NCBI RefSeq assembly: GCF_006345805.1
Contig: NC_043006.1
Location: 34,162,001-34,226,000 of the forward strand
Direction: 5' to 3'
Origin: Octopus sinensis
Taxonomy: Eukaryota
Length of the DNA: 64,000 nucleotides
Position 1 is the stretch's first letter. Every line of letters begins with the position of its first letter. A program made the position numbers and the translations under genes. Shown here one piece after another: positions 25,871-40,424 of this stretch. The notes beneath the pieces were generated by a model. The model searched no databases, was not told the DNA's origin, and saw only the letters and a list, made by a program, of their open reading frames with translations.

Positions 25871-26663
25871 TCTCCCTCTTTGTTTTTCTCTCCTTTCTCT
25901 CTCACTTTCCCACTCTCTTACTTTTCTTTTCTCTCGGACTCTCCCACGCTTTCTCTTACTCTCTATCTTTATCTATCTCTCTCCCATTTATAAACAACAA
26001 AAGATCTTGAGTAAGTTGAGAAATAAAATATTTTGAAAAATCAATCATAAATATCAAGCAGCGACAACGGAAAGGTCTGCTTCAAGGCAGACAGCAAAAC
26101 ACTAACATTTAAAAGGGACAGACAAACTTGCGAGCTGAATAAAAATAATAAAATATTGGAAACCAAAGTTTGAAGGGATAGAATCTGAGGATAGTAGAGT
26201 CACCATGGCTGGAATTTCTTAACGACGGACAGCAACGTATTGACAGTTTAACAGCTGGCGTAAAATTTTGAACTTGATGTAAAAGAAAATTCCTAAACAC
26301 CAAGTTTTGAAGTGATTCTTTCTCAGGACAGTAGACTCACCATGGCAAGCATTCAAAACATTCAACACATTGTCGATTAAATGTCTGGCACAAATTTTTT
26401 AGCTCCATGTAACAGAGAATTCCTAAACACCCGCTCCTGTAAATTTTAATCTCCTTCCAGCCCCATTTAGACCTCTTTTCATATTTTGTTTAATATAACC
26501 CGATTTCATTCGGGTCTACTAGGGCCACATTTTATTAGATGAGGAATTTTGTCCTAGAGGTGACGCCTTTCATTTGAGGAAAAAAATAGTTGTCATGCAA
26601 ACTCGCCAGCACTTTTAACATAGGTGTGCATATATTCAGCTCAACCGACCACATAATGCACAC

Positions 26664-26712
<49 letters not shown>

Positions 26713-26974
26713 GTATATATATATATGTGTGTGTGTGTGCGCGCACGCATTATATATACAAATGTATACAAATTATATATATAAATTAAATTAAATTAGA
26801 GATAAAACCACTAATAGGCAAATCAAACATTGAAAAACATAAACCAAAACATAAAAATAAAAATATAATATACAAAATATATAAAATATAAAATTTTAAA
26901 ATTTAAATTATTTAAATTTAAAATTAAAATTATTAATTTATATTTATAATTTTTTAAAAAATATATATAACTAT

Positions 26975-27564
26975 CAAAAAGTATTAAAAAGTTTAATATA
27001 CATAAATACAGATATATACACTTTGTATATATACATTATATATACATATTTATATATAGAACACACACACACACACATATAAATTAACCCAATAAATATC
27101 TGATTCATAATATTTGTTCTCATGATTGTGTGGTGGTGGTGGCTATGATAATTCTGTATGAATGCAGACAGATGTAGAGAGAGAGAGAGAGTGTGAAAGT
27201 GCTGTCGAAGGCGGGGAGGGGGGAGATATAGAATGCTGTGAAACGACGTTATAAAGAGAAAGTGAAGGGGAAGTAGACGCTGTGAAATGACGTTATAGAT
27301 AGAAAGTGATGGGAAGGGAGGAAAGAGAGTGAGTGATGGAGGAAGACAGATACATAAAATAATGAGAGTAGACTTGTCAAAGTACGTTTTTGGCCCTAGC
27401 AATGACACCTTTTAAGATAGGGATTTCTAACCTAGCCCACTCGCATCCTCACCTCATTTTACATGTCTCTGTAAATTTTGGATTCAATCCGACGGGATCT
27501 AGTGGCCTTTAACCCGTTCTCAATGCCAAAACCAGACAAACAAACAAACTTTTCACATTTCAGA

Positions 27565-27575
<11 letters not shown>
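26975..27575 (-). mobile_element. Second copy of the 663-1329 Helitron-like family
   Basis: Reverse complement of ttctgaaatg...gggctaggttagaaatccctatcttaaaaggtgt...catgagaacaaatattatgaatcagatattt. Confidence 0.7.
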
Positions 27576-27615
<40 letters not shown>

Positions 27616-29329
27616 TATATGTGAGTGTGTGTTTAATATTGTGTTAATGTCCACTTTTTAATGTTCATTTGGGTCAGACAGACACTGCTGATGCAGATTC
27701 TCTAAGGGAAAATGGTCTTGCTGCCAAACCTCACCTGTAAGGTAATATTCTCCCATGGTCAGACATGTTTCCATGGAAGTTTGGAAATGAAGGACACTGC
27801 TTATATGACAGGGATGCTCATTTACAATTATATAATAGCAAGACAAGGAGACATCAACTCTCTCTCCCTCTCTCTCTCTCTTTCCCTCATACACACATAC
27901 ATGCCCTTCTTAATGCCAACTGCCACCTATTTCCAAGAAAGCTGACATTTCCCTCTGGCCAGACATTTTCCTATGCAAGACTGGAAACAAAAGTATTCTA
28001 CTTGTATGATCATGAAATCTCCCGTGATGTCATATTGCTTCCACCACGACCACAACCCTTCTCTGTATCCTTCAACTTTCCCCAATTCATGCATCATTGA
28101 TCATCTCCCCAACTCTTGACCATCATTCCCTACATCCATCCTTCAATCCTACCCAGTCTTTACAGTTGTTACCTACTTCCCCTCCCTTCCACCATTCCCC
28201 CCATCTCTTGCTCCCCCCTTACATTCTTGCAAACCTCCACCCACACCCCTAGTTCCTCTCTCCCCACTCACTTCTACTTACTTATGTATAGACAGACATA
28301 CATACACAGGCATGGATGTGTGGTTAAACAGTTTGCTTTCCAACCACATGGTTTAGGGTTAAGTTCCACTGTATGACACTGAACGTAAATGTCTTCTACT
28401 ACAGCCCAAACTGACCAAAGACTTGAGAGGATTTGGTTGAGGGGAAACAGAAAGAAGCTTGTCATATATATATTTGTGTGTTTGAGATCTTTTTTCTTGA
28501 AATCTCATGGTAGTTGTAAATGAGTGTGACTGTTATACAAGAGGTGTCATTCACTTCCAATCTGCCCTGAAAATAAGTCTGGCCAAGAGGAAAGATCAGT
28601 GTTTGCACCTGAGAGATACCATTTATGCTTTGCATTTACCCTTCTCCTCAAAGATGGTGATGGCAATGTTGAACTTCTCACTCAGAGACACAAGTTTGAT
28701 GCTATTATGTTTCTAATCATTCTCTTCCATTTATTTTATTCCTCCTTGCTCTTGCATTCAAACCACCCATGAAGATCATTTTGTTTTGTTTTTCATATTT
28801 TAACCTGTGTCTAAGTTAATGTCTAATACAAGTGAAGGCATAGGGATGTAAACACACCAACACCAGTTGTCAATCAATAATGGGACACACACACACAAAG
28901 GGCTACTTACAGTTTCCATCTCCGAAATCAATTCACAAGGCTCTGGTTGGCCTGAGAAGACACTTGCCCAATGTGCCACACCATGGGACTGGACCTGGAA
29001 CCATGTGGTTGGGAAGTATATTTCTTAATCACACAGCCACCACGTCCTCAAAGGATTGTTTCCAGTCCAGGAATTGAGCTGAATGGATGATTTTTAAGCT
29101 GTTTCTTTCTTTCTTTTTTTTTTGGCCCTTATCTGTTTGGAGTAAATAAGGTGGTTCCTTGATAAGGTTCTATTAAATGAACAAGTTGAATTATTTCATT
29201 AGATGCCAGGCACACAATGTGTATTTGCATCCTTCATTATTACCCTCTTTACATGAATGGATATCTCTATATAACCTTCTGTCTGATCAAATTATGATTG
29301 GTCAAACAAAACCATGTTCTGTCAGTGTT

Positions 29330-29700
29330 GTAGAAAATCAATTGGCCACAATGCAAATGGCCCTGGAAAGGTCCATGTTAGAGTTACCGTTATGAGAGCA
29401 TATTCAAAATGAAATGATTCAAGAATAGAGCAGAGTGAACAATGTGATTGCAGAGGACCAAAAGCACAAGTTCCACTGGGCTGGACATGTTGCAAGGTTC
29501 ACAGACAACAGGTGGGCCTGTGCAAGCTCCCAAGTGGTATCCAAGGGATTAGGAAAGGTGACTTGAAAGGCCTCCACGATAATAGGAAAGGGATATAGTT
29601 AAGCAATTTGGGTCAAGATGGTAAAGAATGACACAATCAAGACAGAATTGGAAGTGCATTATGACCAGCGATGTATAATAGTATCTGATGGTATGGTAAG
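29330..29700 (+). mobile_element. RTE LINE 3' end (second family)
   Basis: QMALERSML...KFHWAGHVARFTDNRW motif. Its tail gcattatgaccagcgatgt... also occurs alone at ~12765-12880 (-) and ~14660-14740 (+). Confidence 0.8.
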
Positions 29701-30391
29701 ACTGTGACACTGGGAAATAAAACTAAGAAATGTCTAAAATGGCTTGTCAGTCTGATTCAGGGTCTTAAAATGGGGAAAGCGGAAAGGGTTGCTCAGCTGT
29801 ACATTTTCACTCCATTTTAGCTGCCAACAACCATTGGACTACACTGCAGAAGTATAGACGTCTGATTAGAGACTTGCAGAACATTCAGACTGGTTCTCAT
29901 TGCTAGACGGATGCTACATTGGCACCAAACTTATTAAAGATCCAAGACCCAGGAGTTATTATGTTACAAGGAAAAAAAAAGACCTGGCAAGTTTTGATGA
30001 GGGAGAGGCTGTATATTAGCGATGCACACACACACATGCATACATACACACACACATTCACAGCTGCTTCCTGATTCACAACATGTGTTAACTACTAGCA
30101 GTGAGTTGTAAGAGTTACACACACACACATGTTATACATTGATATATACAAATTCATACTTGTAGGTATATATCCTTTCATTCAGTAACTGTGTCCTTCC
30201 CCTTGTGTTTTTCCATACTGGTATCAGTTGGATGGGTATTTATTTTGAGGCAACAGCTTATGTCCAGATGCTGGTCATTAAAAAAGTCTGTGAAAATGTC
30301 TACATTATGACCAACTGGTCATAATGTAGACATTTTGTGCACACACATACATACAAGCATGTGTGTGTATGTGTGTATATATATGTATGTA

Positions 30392-30426
<35 letters not shown>

Positions 30427-30454
30427 TTTTCCTCTCCTTGTTTTTTTCTGTGTA

Positions 30455-30492
30455 TCTTTCTGTCAAAGAGCGTAGGCTCGAAACGTAAAAGA
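30455..30492 (+). ncRNA. Hammerhead-shaped motif with altered core, in a Penelope-type repeat (~30425-30590)
   Basis: TCTTT CTGTCAAA GAGC gtag GCTC GAAA CG TA AAAGA: 5-bp stem I, 4-bp stem II, ACGT palindrome. The same repeat (without the motif) is inverted at ~61100-61206. Confidence 0.5.
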
Positions 30493-30590
30493 CTTTTTCT
30501 ATTTCTATTCCTGAGCGCTATACTAATACATTTGTTCGTTTGTACTCCACCTGCCTTCGTCTTTTGTTTATTTTTGTAAACTTTCCCGTC

Positions 30591-30626
<36 letters not shown>

Positions 30627-31045
30627 TGGCCCCCTGTGCTAGTGACATGTAAAAAGCACCATCCAAACATGGTCAATGCCAGCCCAATCGCCCAGACTGG
30701 CTCCTGTACATGAAAAGCACCATCTGTATGTGGTCGATGCCAGCGCTGCCTTGACTGGCCCCCGTGCTGGTGGCACATAAAATCACCATCCAAACGTGGT
30801 TGGTGGCAGCCCCCTCTGGCTCCTGTACTGGTGACATGTAAAAGCACCATCCAAACATGGTCAATGCCAGCCCTCCTGGCCCCTGTGCCGGTGGCTTGTA
30901 AAAAGCACCCACTACAGTTTCAGAGTGGTTGGTGTTAGGAAGGTCAAACACTGCCAAGCCTCCTAGCTTCCCAGACTGCCAGTTGAACCATCCAACCCAT
31001 GCCAGCATGGAAAACGGACGTTGAATGATGATGATGATGATGATA
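30627..31045 (+). mobile_element. Family C retroposon with about five diverged ~60-bp units
   Basis: Repeated aaaagcaccatcc...gccag units, then the standard tail and (GAT)n. Confidence 0.8.
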
Positions 31046-32007
31046 GTATAAAATATGGATTCAGAGGCTCCTGTTGCTGTCACATTGTATAATGCAGAGC
31101 ATTCATATTGATGTAAACAAGTGCATAATTTCTTTGTATTTTGAAGTAAATACAACATGGAGAAGGTTATGAAACGATTGTAACCCTATGGAAGTCATCT
31201 GGGGAAATCAATCTATCTTCACATCATATGTGTGCATGCGTGTGTGTTCTTGCATTCCATATAATTTGTTTACCAGTTCCATACATGTGTACATATATAT
31301 ACATACATACATACATGTATATATATATATATATATGTGTGTGTGTGAAGAGTGACCAAGTGACAATACATACACATGTATGTGAATATACATACATGTT
31401 TATGAGTGTGAATGTATAAGCATATATGTGTGATACATATATGTATATATATATGTATGTATGTATGTACAGATAAATTCCTCTTTTTACATGATATCGA
31501 GGTCTCTTTCATTCTTTTGTTATCTTAGCATTTCTATCAATATATATATAGGGAAAGAGAGGGAAAGAGAGAGAGAGATAATGAATTCACAGAATTGTTA
31601 GAGCAACAGTTAGAATGCTGCTTTGCAATATTTGTTCTGAGCATTTTGGTTCTAAAATCCTGCTGACCTCAACTTTCTCTTCCATACTTCTTGGGCCAAT
31701 AATAATTGAAGTAGCCTGACTGAAATTCTCACACTGATGTGTCTCTTTATATATTTTACTGTCTCTTTTTTCCTTTCTGTCATTCCCTGTCACCCACTGT
31801 GTAAAAAGAATAATTAGGAATCGGCTGGGGGTAACATTTTCTTCTAGGCAGACCGATTTTCTGCAACTGGAACTCTCTGACAATGGATGATGTGTAGAAT
31901 AGCATGAAAAACAAATAAACAACACATGCACGTGCTAATGTCATTTTTTTCTAATATATATATATAATTATATTATATAATATACATATATATAATTATA
32001 TCATATA

Positions 32008-32038
<31 letters not shown>

Positions 32039-32542
32039 ATTATATATATATAATATACATATATATAATTATATCATATTATATATATATATTATATATA
32101 TATATATATAATATACATATATATAATTATATCATATAATATATATATATATATATATATAATTATATAATATATATATATATATATATATAATGTATAT
32201 ATATATATATATATATCGAAAGAGGAGATTGGAAAATATTTTAGTATCATTTATTCTCCATTACACGTGTTTAAAAACAATATCAAAAAGTTTTCTAATC
32301 GCTTGTTTTGATATTACTACTCTGCAGCAAATTTCTTTTTTCCAGTATTTTCAACTCTTATTCATAACTCACACAAATATAACATCTACAGACGGATTTG
32401 GATTACTGAAATAAGCAGATGAACTTCAAGAGGGCACAGTTTGGATTTCAACTCTGTCTACATAATATATACATAATATATAAATATATTTATATATATA
32501 CACATACATTTATACAGTGATATATGTGTGTACCAACATACA

Positions 32543-32592
<50 letters not shown>

Positions 32593-32613
32593 TGTATGTT
32601 TTTGTACATATCC

Positions 32614-32664
<51 letters not shown>

Positions 32665-35600
32665 TACACACATATACATATATATGTGTGACTATATATA
32701 TATATATATATATATCGATTAAATAAAACAAAAGCAGAACGAAGTAAACTCTCACCAAATTCTTAGTGCTATTATAAGGAATGAAGCCTTACCGTTTGTG
32801 GAGAATGAGGTCTTTCATCACTATAATCCGAAACAAAAAATGTAAAAACAGGGGGTGCATTGTTTGGTAAGGGGCTCCTGTTATTTAGTGCCACTGGAGA
32901 TACCAGACTGGCAAGAAGTTTTATGGGAGAATTTTGTGTATTTCCTTCTGTTTTTAAAGAATTCTTTTTGGTGTGTATATTATCCATTTTGCCTTACATT
33001 TATCTATCTATCTGTCTATCTATCTATCTATCTATCTATCTATATATATATACACACACACGCACACAGATATGTGTTTGTATGGGCGGTTGTTTTTTGT
33101 ATGGTTGTGGGTACTTGTGTTGTTAATCTTTGTGTTTATAGGTGGTTATATAGACCTATCTCTTCCTATTGCTGAATGTGTGTATGTGTCTAGCTTTAAT
33201 GTATCTTTCTATATACATAAATATGTATATATATATGAAATTACATGCATTTATATATGTGTAAGTATATTTATTTATATATATGTATACATGTGCATGT
33301 ATGTATATTTATCTGTCTGTCTACATATGTGTATGTGTTTATATATGTGTGGGTGGGTGGGTGTAATTCTATAATTCTCTGCTACTTTTCTCTCTTTCTT
33401 TCTATCTTTCAGACACACACACACACACACACAACAGAGGGGTAGGATGTAGGGGTAATATTTTCATGTAAAAATTTTATATTTCTGAGTGTGTGTGCGT
33501 GCATGCGTGTGTGTGTGTGTGTGTGTTCACTATTTTGAATATCGAAACGTGAGCCTTTTTTCTTTTCCTTCTTTTCTCTCTATTTTTCCCTTCTCTTACA
33601 TTTTCTCCCTTCTTATTTTCTATATTACAACAGGTCACTGGTTAAAGGTTTCAGGTCACATTTCACGGATTGCTGGCCTCATATATTATGCAATGTTAAC
33701 ATACCTTAGCTATAAGTTTCAAATATCATTAAAGCATAAAAAGTCCATGTCCTTGCACTAAATTTCATTATTTGGCTGATTTCTGCATATGTAAGAATGT
33801 GTGGGTGTGTCTGTGTATGTATGTGTGTATGTGTGTGCATATACATATATCTATATAGTGAGATAGAGATGTATGTATGTGTGAGTGTGTGTGTGTATAC
33901 ACATATACAAAGGGGTGTATATGGATGTGTGTGTGTGTGAATCTTGAATGTGTATATTTGTATGTTCTATCTGACTGTTTTTACCTGTGTATATATATAT
34001 ATATATATATATGTGAGTGTATGTATGTAGATGTGTATGTATATATATTTATATTTATGTCAATGTATGTGTGTGTCTGTGATTTGTTGTTTATTAGTTT
34101 TTTCTTTTTGTTGTTGTTATAGACTTACTGAAAGTAAAATGAACTGGAAAGTCTATTGGTCAATGAGAGAAGAAAGATTTATTAAAGAGGGGGAGGAGGA
34201 AGAGAGAGGCAGAAACGATGGCGGGGTGCAATGGGGGAGAGAGAGAGAGAGTGAGAAAGTGTATGCGTGTGTGTGGTGCATATAAGGAGGGAGAAGAGGG
34301 AAAGACATTGTGTTTTAGTAAAATTAAAAGCTGAGCAAGGAACAAGAATGAGAGAGGGAGAGGTGGAGAGGAGAGATTGATTAGATGAGGTTTTGTGATG
34401 GGAGAAAGCTTGATCATGAGGAGAGAGCAAAAGAAAGAATAACAGAAAGTTAGGTTGGTGTTGGTTAGCCCCAGGTCAGACCTGCTTGAACATATCTGTG
34501 GTCAGAGGAATTTAAACAAAGATCACACCTTTTCATTAACAGTCTACCTTAGATTACATTATTTTGTGTATCCATTTTTTTTTTCTCCTTTTACAAGATG
34601 GTAGGGTGAAGTTTGTTAAAGATTTTGACTGCTATGTCTAGCATGTTGGGCGATAGTTCAGAAGCTCACTCGTTCCTGGCAAAAGGAGTGGTACACTGAT
34701 GAAAATACTGAGATTAGATAGGGAGATTTTAGATAGAGATAGATCAGTAGTTCTCAACCCTTTTTTTAATATTTGGACTCCTTTGGTCCTATTTTACCTG
34801 GACAGACTCCCAGAACCATTCAATGATTAAAAATATTCTATTAGATTTTTGTAATTAAATATTATTAGAGATCGTATAAAAATCGTTAAAATGTTTTGTG
34901 TATTGTAGATGTCTAAGCAATTTATTGCAGATAAAATTTTAGCAACAAAAATATGTGGATCATTCATATAGGGAGAGAGACAGAAAGAAAGAGACAGACA
35001 GACAGACAGGTAGATAGATTAACTATTTGTTATGTGGAAAAGAGAGAGAGAGAGAGTGTGTGAGAAACAGAGAGAGATAGATTGACAGATAAGTAGACCG
35101 ACAGATACATATAAACTATATGTGGGGAGTGAGAGAGAGAGAGAAAGAGACAGACAGACAAACAGATAGATAGATTAATTATTTGGTATGTGGAAAAAAC
35201 AAGAGAGAGAGAGAGAGAGAGAAACAGGGAGAGATAGATTGATAGATAAGTAGACAGACAGATAGAGATAAACTATAGTACATGGAGAGAGAGAGAGACA
35301 CTGACAGAGAGACAAACAGAGACAGACTGACAGAAAGACAGGGAGAGAGAGAGACAGAGAGTGAAAGGAAGAAAAATGACATGATGTGGTGTTGAGATGG
35401 AGAGGCAGACACTGGAGTGTAGGGAAGAGTGTGATGGGGCTGCGGAGATGTGCTGTTGTTTGGCCCCAGTCAAACATAATTGATCACATTTATGATCGAT
35501 GTCTTTCCAGCCATAACCATTCCATCGAGTTTGTTTCAGACATTAGAAGGACATTGCAGTGTGTTTCAATTTCTATATTTTTTTTTTTAAGTCAATGGAG

Positions 35601-36061
35601 TTTTAAGGGAGTTTTGGCTGTTGTCTCTAGTTGTCAAATGACCACATAGGATAGGTTCAGTGGGAGGCAGTGCAGAATGAGAGGAGGAAGGAGAGGACTG
35701 ATTGAGAGGTTAAACGTAAAGATAGAAAGTGTGAGAGATAGGGAGGAGGGATAGATAACAGGAGTAGTAGTAGTAGGAGGAAGATTAAGGAAGAAGAAAT
35801 GGTAGAAGCAGCAGAGGGAAAGGTTTTGTCTGTTTTCCTCTCTTATTTCTCAGTACCTAATACAGGTGTGTGTGGGGGGGGGCAAAGCTTTGTTCACAGT
35901 GTATATTTATGTGTTGTGTATGTATGTGTGCATAGATCTGTGTGCCTTTGTGTGTATCTTTCTGTATGTATGGATGCTTGTGTGTGTTGTGAATATTTTA
36001 TGAATGCGTGTGTGTAGTGAATGTTTTTTTTTTTTTACCAAAGCCTGTATACTTGTATGCT

Positions 36062-36093
<32 letters not shown>

Positions 36094-36480
36094 AGGTAAG
36101 GAAGAAGTAGGAAAGAGAGAGATTTGTTTTCTGCTGTGTGTGTGTGTGTGTCTATATGTGTGAATGGAGTGTAAGGCAAGAGAAGATGAAAAAGAGAGAG
36201 AGAGACGACTGCTTAAGAGTGGAAATATAGAGAAATATAGGGTGGTGGGAGATGAAGTGAAAGAAATAGATAAGGAAGAGGGAGGAGGAGAGAGGAAAGT
36301 AAAGAATGTGTAATAAAAGCAAGGGGAGGAGGAAGGAGACAAATTTAGTGAAAGGAAAACCTGTTGGTGTGAATTTCCCTGGGTATGTAGGTGTACATAT
36401 ATGTAAGGGTAGCAACATGTGTTTAGTGTGTGTGTGTTTGCGTGTGAGTATATAATATTATGTTTATGTATGTATTACTC

Positions 36481-36880
36481 TTTTACTCTTTTACTTGTTT
36501 CAGTCATTTGACTGCGGCCATGCTGGAGCACCGCCTTTAGTCGAGCAAATCGACCCCCGGGACTTATTCTTTGTAAGCCCAATACTTATTCTATCGGTCT
36601 CTTTTGCCAAACCGCTAAGTGATGGGGATGTAAACACACCAGCATCGGTTGTCAAGCAATGCTAGAGGGACAAACACAGACACACAAACATATACATACA
36701 CATACATATATATACATATATACGACAGGCTTCTTTCAGTTTCCGTCTACCAAATCCACTCACAAGGCTTTGGTCGGCCCAAGGCTATAGCAGAAGACAT
36801 TTGCCCAAGATGCCACGCCGTGGGACTGAACCCAGAACCATGTGGCTGGTTAGCAAGCTACTTACCACACAGCCACTCCT
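36481..36880 (-). mobile_element. tRNA-headed SINE, family B, best-preserved copy
   Basis: Minus strand aggagtggctgtgtggtaagtagcttgc...ggttctgggttcagtccc...ctccagcatggccgcagtcaaatgactgaaacaagtaaaagagtaaaa. Other copies at 28845-29042, 46400-46710, 52675-53070, 54780-55145, 58570-58930, 59400-59565 (-). Confidence 0.85.
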
Positions 36881-37139
36881 AATTGTGATTCTGTGTGTTT
36901 TGCATGTGTGTGTGTAATACACACACACACACACATACACACACACAAGTGAGCACATAAGTTGTAAAAAAGTACTCAAATACCAAAGGTAGAGTAATAT
37001 GATTTTATTAAGGCTACAAAATTATCATAAGACTGTTACTCAGCTTCATGTTCCCATTTGTTGCACAGGCAAGATGAATGTGAAACTCTGCATAACAGAC
37101 TTGTGATAATTTCACAGCTTTAATAAAAGTGTGTGCTTA

Positions 37140-37154
37140 TACATATATACATAC

Positions 37155-37204
<50 letters not shown>

Positions 37205-37291
37205 TATATATATATATATATACATATATACATACATACATATATATATATATATACATATATACATACATACATATATATATATATTATA

Positions 37292-37332
<41 letters not shown>

Positions 37333-37363
37333 TACATACATACATACATATATATATATATAT

Positions 37364-37397
<34 letters not shown>

Positions 37398-37842
37398 ATA
37401 TATACATACATACATATAATATATTATATATTATATATATATATATATATATAATATACATACATATATATTATATATATATACATACATATATATATAT
37501 ACATACATACATATATATATATATATACATACATATATATATATACATACATACATTATATATATATATACATACATATATATATATACATACATACATA
37601 TATATTATACATACATACATATATATATATATACATACATATATATATATACATACATACATATATATATATATACATACATACATACATATATATATTA
37701 CATACATACATATATATATATCATACATACATATATATATATATACATACATACATACATATATATATACATACATACATATATATATATATACATACAT
37801 ACATATATATATATATACATACATACATACATATATATATAT

Positions 37843-37873
<31 letters not shown>

Positions 37874-37896
37874 CATACATACATACATATATATAT

Positions 37897-37927
<31 letters not shown>

Positions 37928-38147
37928 CATACATACATACATATATATACATACATACATACATATATATATATACATACATACATACATATATATATAT
38001 ACATACATACATACATAATATATATATACATACATACATACATATATATACATACATAATATACATATATACATATACATACATATAATATATATATATA
38101 CATATATACATATATATATATATACATACATACATACATATATATAT

Positions 38148-38178
<31 letters not shown>

Positions 38179-38364
38179 CATACATACATACATACATATA
38201 TATATATACATACATACATACATAACATATATATATATTATACATACATACATACATATATATATATTACATACATACATTATATATATATATATACATA
38301 CATATATATATATACATACATACATATATATATATACATAATACATATATATATATTACATACA

Positions 38365-38409
<45 letters not shown>

Positions 38410-38566
38410 CATAATATATATATATATTACATACATATATATATATATATATATACATACATACATATATACATACATAATATATATATATATAACATAC
38501 ATACATACATACAATATATATATATATATATACATACATACATGCATATATATATATATATATGTA
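37140..38566. repeat. ~1.4-kb (TA)n/(TACA)n compound microsatellite
   Basis: Directly visible; source of the YIYI/MYVC ORFs. Confidence 0.97.
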
Positions 38567-39131
38567 CGAGGGTGAGTCAAAAAGTAATGCCATTTTGTTT
38601 AGGACAGTTATAATTACCAACACAGGAGCATGTATCATACATCAAAATGAAGCTGGTCCTCTGTGGATCACATCCTTACTTCTCAACATAGTCACCGTTT
38701 CTCTCAATAGCAATGTTCCACCTTCGAATGAGAGCATGTATCCCTGCCTTGTAAAAGTCTGTTGACTGTTCTTTGAGCCACTTCTTCACTACAGTTTTCA
38801 CTTCCTTATCACTTGGCTATCATCGTCACTTGGCTATCATCTCCTCAGCCCCATGGAAGAGGGTTCGAGAGGCAAACATTGTTCCAGTGAGAAGGAAGTG
38901 AAAACTGTAGAGAAGAAGTGGCTCAAAGAACAGTGAACAGAATTTTACGGGGCAGGGGTACATGCTCTAACTTAAAGGTGGAACATTGCTATTGAGAGAA
39001 ACAGTAACTTTGTTGAGAAGTAGGGATGTGATCCACAGAGGACCAGCTTCATTTTGATGTATGATACATGTTCCTGTATTGGTAATTATACCTGTCCTAA
39101 ACAAAATGGCATTACTTTTTGACTCACCCTG

Positions 39132-39132
<1 letters not shown>
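38567..39132. mobile_element. Palindromic mariner derivative made of two inverted transposase 3' ends
   Basis: TA|CGAGGGTGAGTCAAAAAGTAATGCC terminus mirrored at 39132; arms ~245 bp. The right arm reads KEVKTVEKKWLKEQ*TEFYGAGVHALT*RWNIAIERNSNFVEK* and the left arm encodes the same segment on the minus strand. Confidence 0.9.
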
Positions 39133-39166
<34 letters not shown>

Positions 39167-39175
<9 letters not shown>

Positions 39176-39255
39176 ATTGGTGAATTGAAGAAATGGAGCT
39201 GAACGCAGATTGAACAGAAATCGTTTTATTTCTTCAATTCACCAATAATGTTTTA
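39167..39255. repeat. Perfect 28-bp hairpin with 33-nt loop
   Basis: taaaacattattggtgaattgaagaaat / atttcttcaattcaccaataatgtttta. Confidence 0.9.
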
Positions 39256-39401
39256 ATTTCAATTATCCGCACCAACGCACGGTTGCAACGCCAGATGGTT
39301 GTACCTCCAACCGTGCTGTTCACTGCTGTGATTTTTGCTACTAAGGTATCGGTTAAACTTTTGATTAATCTACTACAAGATTATTCATCTTTCTATTTCA
39401 C

Positions 39402-39462
<61 letters not shown>

Positions 39463-39669
39463 GTTGTATACTGTCAATCTAACATGAACGTGACAGTATA
39501 CAACCATTCTATCACTCCACCACTGTACATGTCTCTACGAGAGATTTAGAAATTTAGTATTTCTGATATATATATATATATATTTATATATATATTATAA
39601 ATGATATTGAGTGTATGCAATGTTGTTTAGTTTGAGGTCAGCCTTGAATGAATAGGATGCTAACAGTCA

Positions 39670-40150
39670 GAAAAATCTTTGGCAGGAAAGTTAAGAAATC
39701 AATGTAAATATAGTATACAAGAAACAATGGAGCAGAAACACGGCCCATCTCAAAGACCCTGGCAAAGGGAATCAATGGCTTTTGATAGCAGAGCCCTGAG
39801 AACCATTGAGAACATCAGATGGTACCATCATGTTTTCAACAAAGAACTGTGTGCACACACACACATCAGCACACAGCCTCTCATCCCATAGCTATCCCTT
39901 TCATGCCCTGGTACAGACATGTTCTCTGTCTCCCGTAAGATCATCCTACCAGGGTTTTACTCTCATTTGACACAGCACCTATGGGCTGGAAGGGGCCTCA
40001 TGGAAGGCCCTAGACCAGATGGCTGGACCTGATTTGAGAAGATCTCCACAGGCTCAACGTCACCTTGTAGGATGCAAAGGATCTGACATGGGACCGCCAG
40101 TGACAGAGAGCACTGGCAGACCTGATTGGCTCAATGCTCGATGATGTTTT
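39670..40150 (+). mobile_element. RTE-like LINE C-terminal relic
   Basis: Degenerate WYRHVLCLP*DHPTR...GLMEGPRPDGW, resembling the RTE WxGHVxR...GRPxxRW region. Confidence 0.55.
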
Positions 40151-40424
40151 TGAGACCACTAACCAAGATGGCTCCAGCCCCACAAAGCAAGAGTATCAAG
40201 CAAGAAACAAAACAAAAGAAGACATCAACACTTTTCAATTCTTGAAAATGAGACTGTGAAGATCTAGAAATGTCAGATATGGAGTTTGGAACTTTGCTAT
40301 TACAAACTAACTGTAGGAATCTAATTAAAAAATCTGAAAAATCTATAATAAGAAATGATAAAACTTTAACATAATTATGTAATTAATTAAATGCATATGC
40401 ACTTATATATATATATACATATAT

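Noticed and set aside
26185-26430. Degenerate ~130-137 bp duplicated segment
   Set aside because: Only two highly diverged copies; probably internal to an unrecognised old transposon.
37120-38638. Long ORFs up to 308 aa (YIYI/MYVC)
   Set aside because: Translations of (TA)n/(TACA)n microsatellite; the same applies to most short ORFs in the track.
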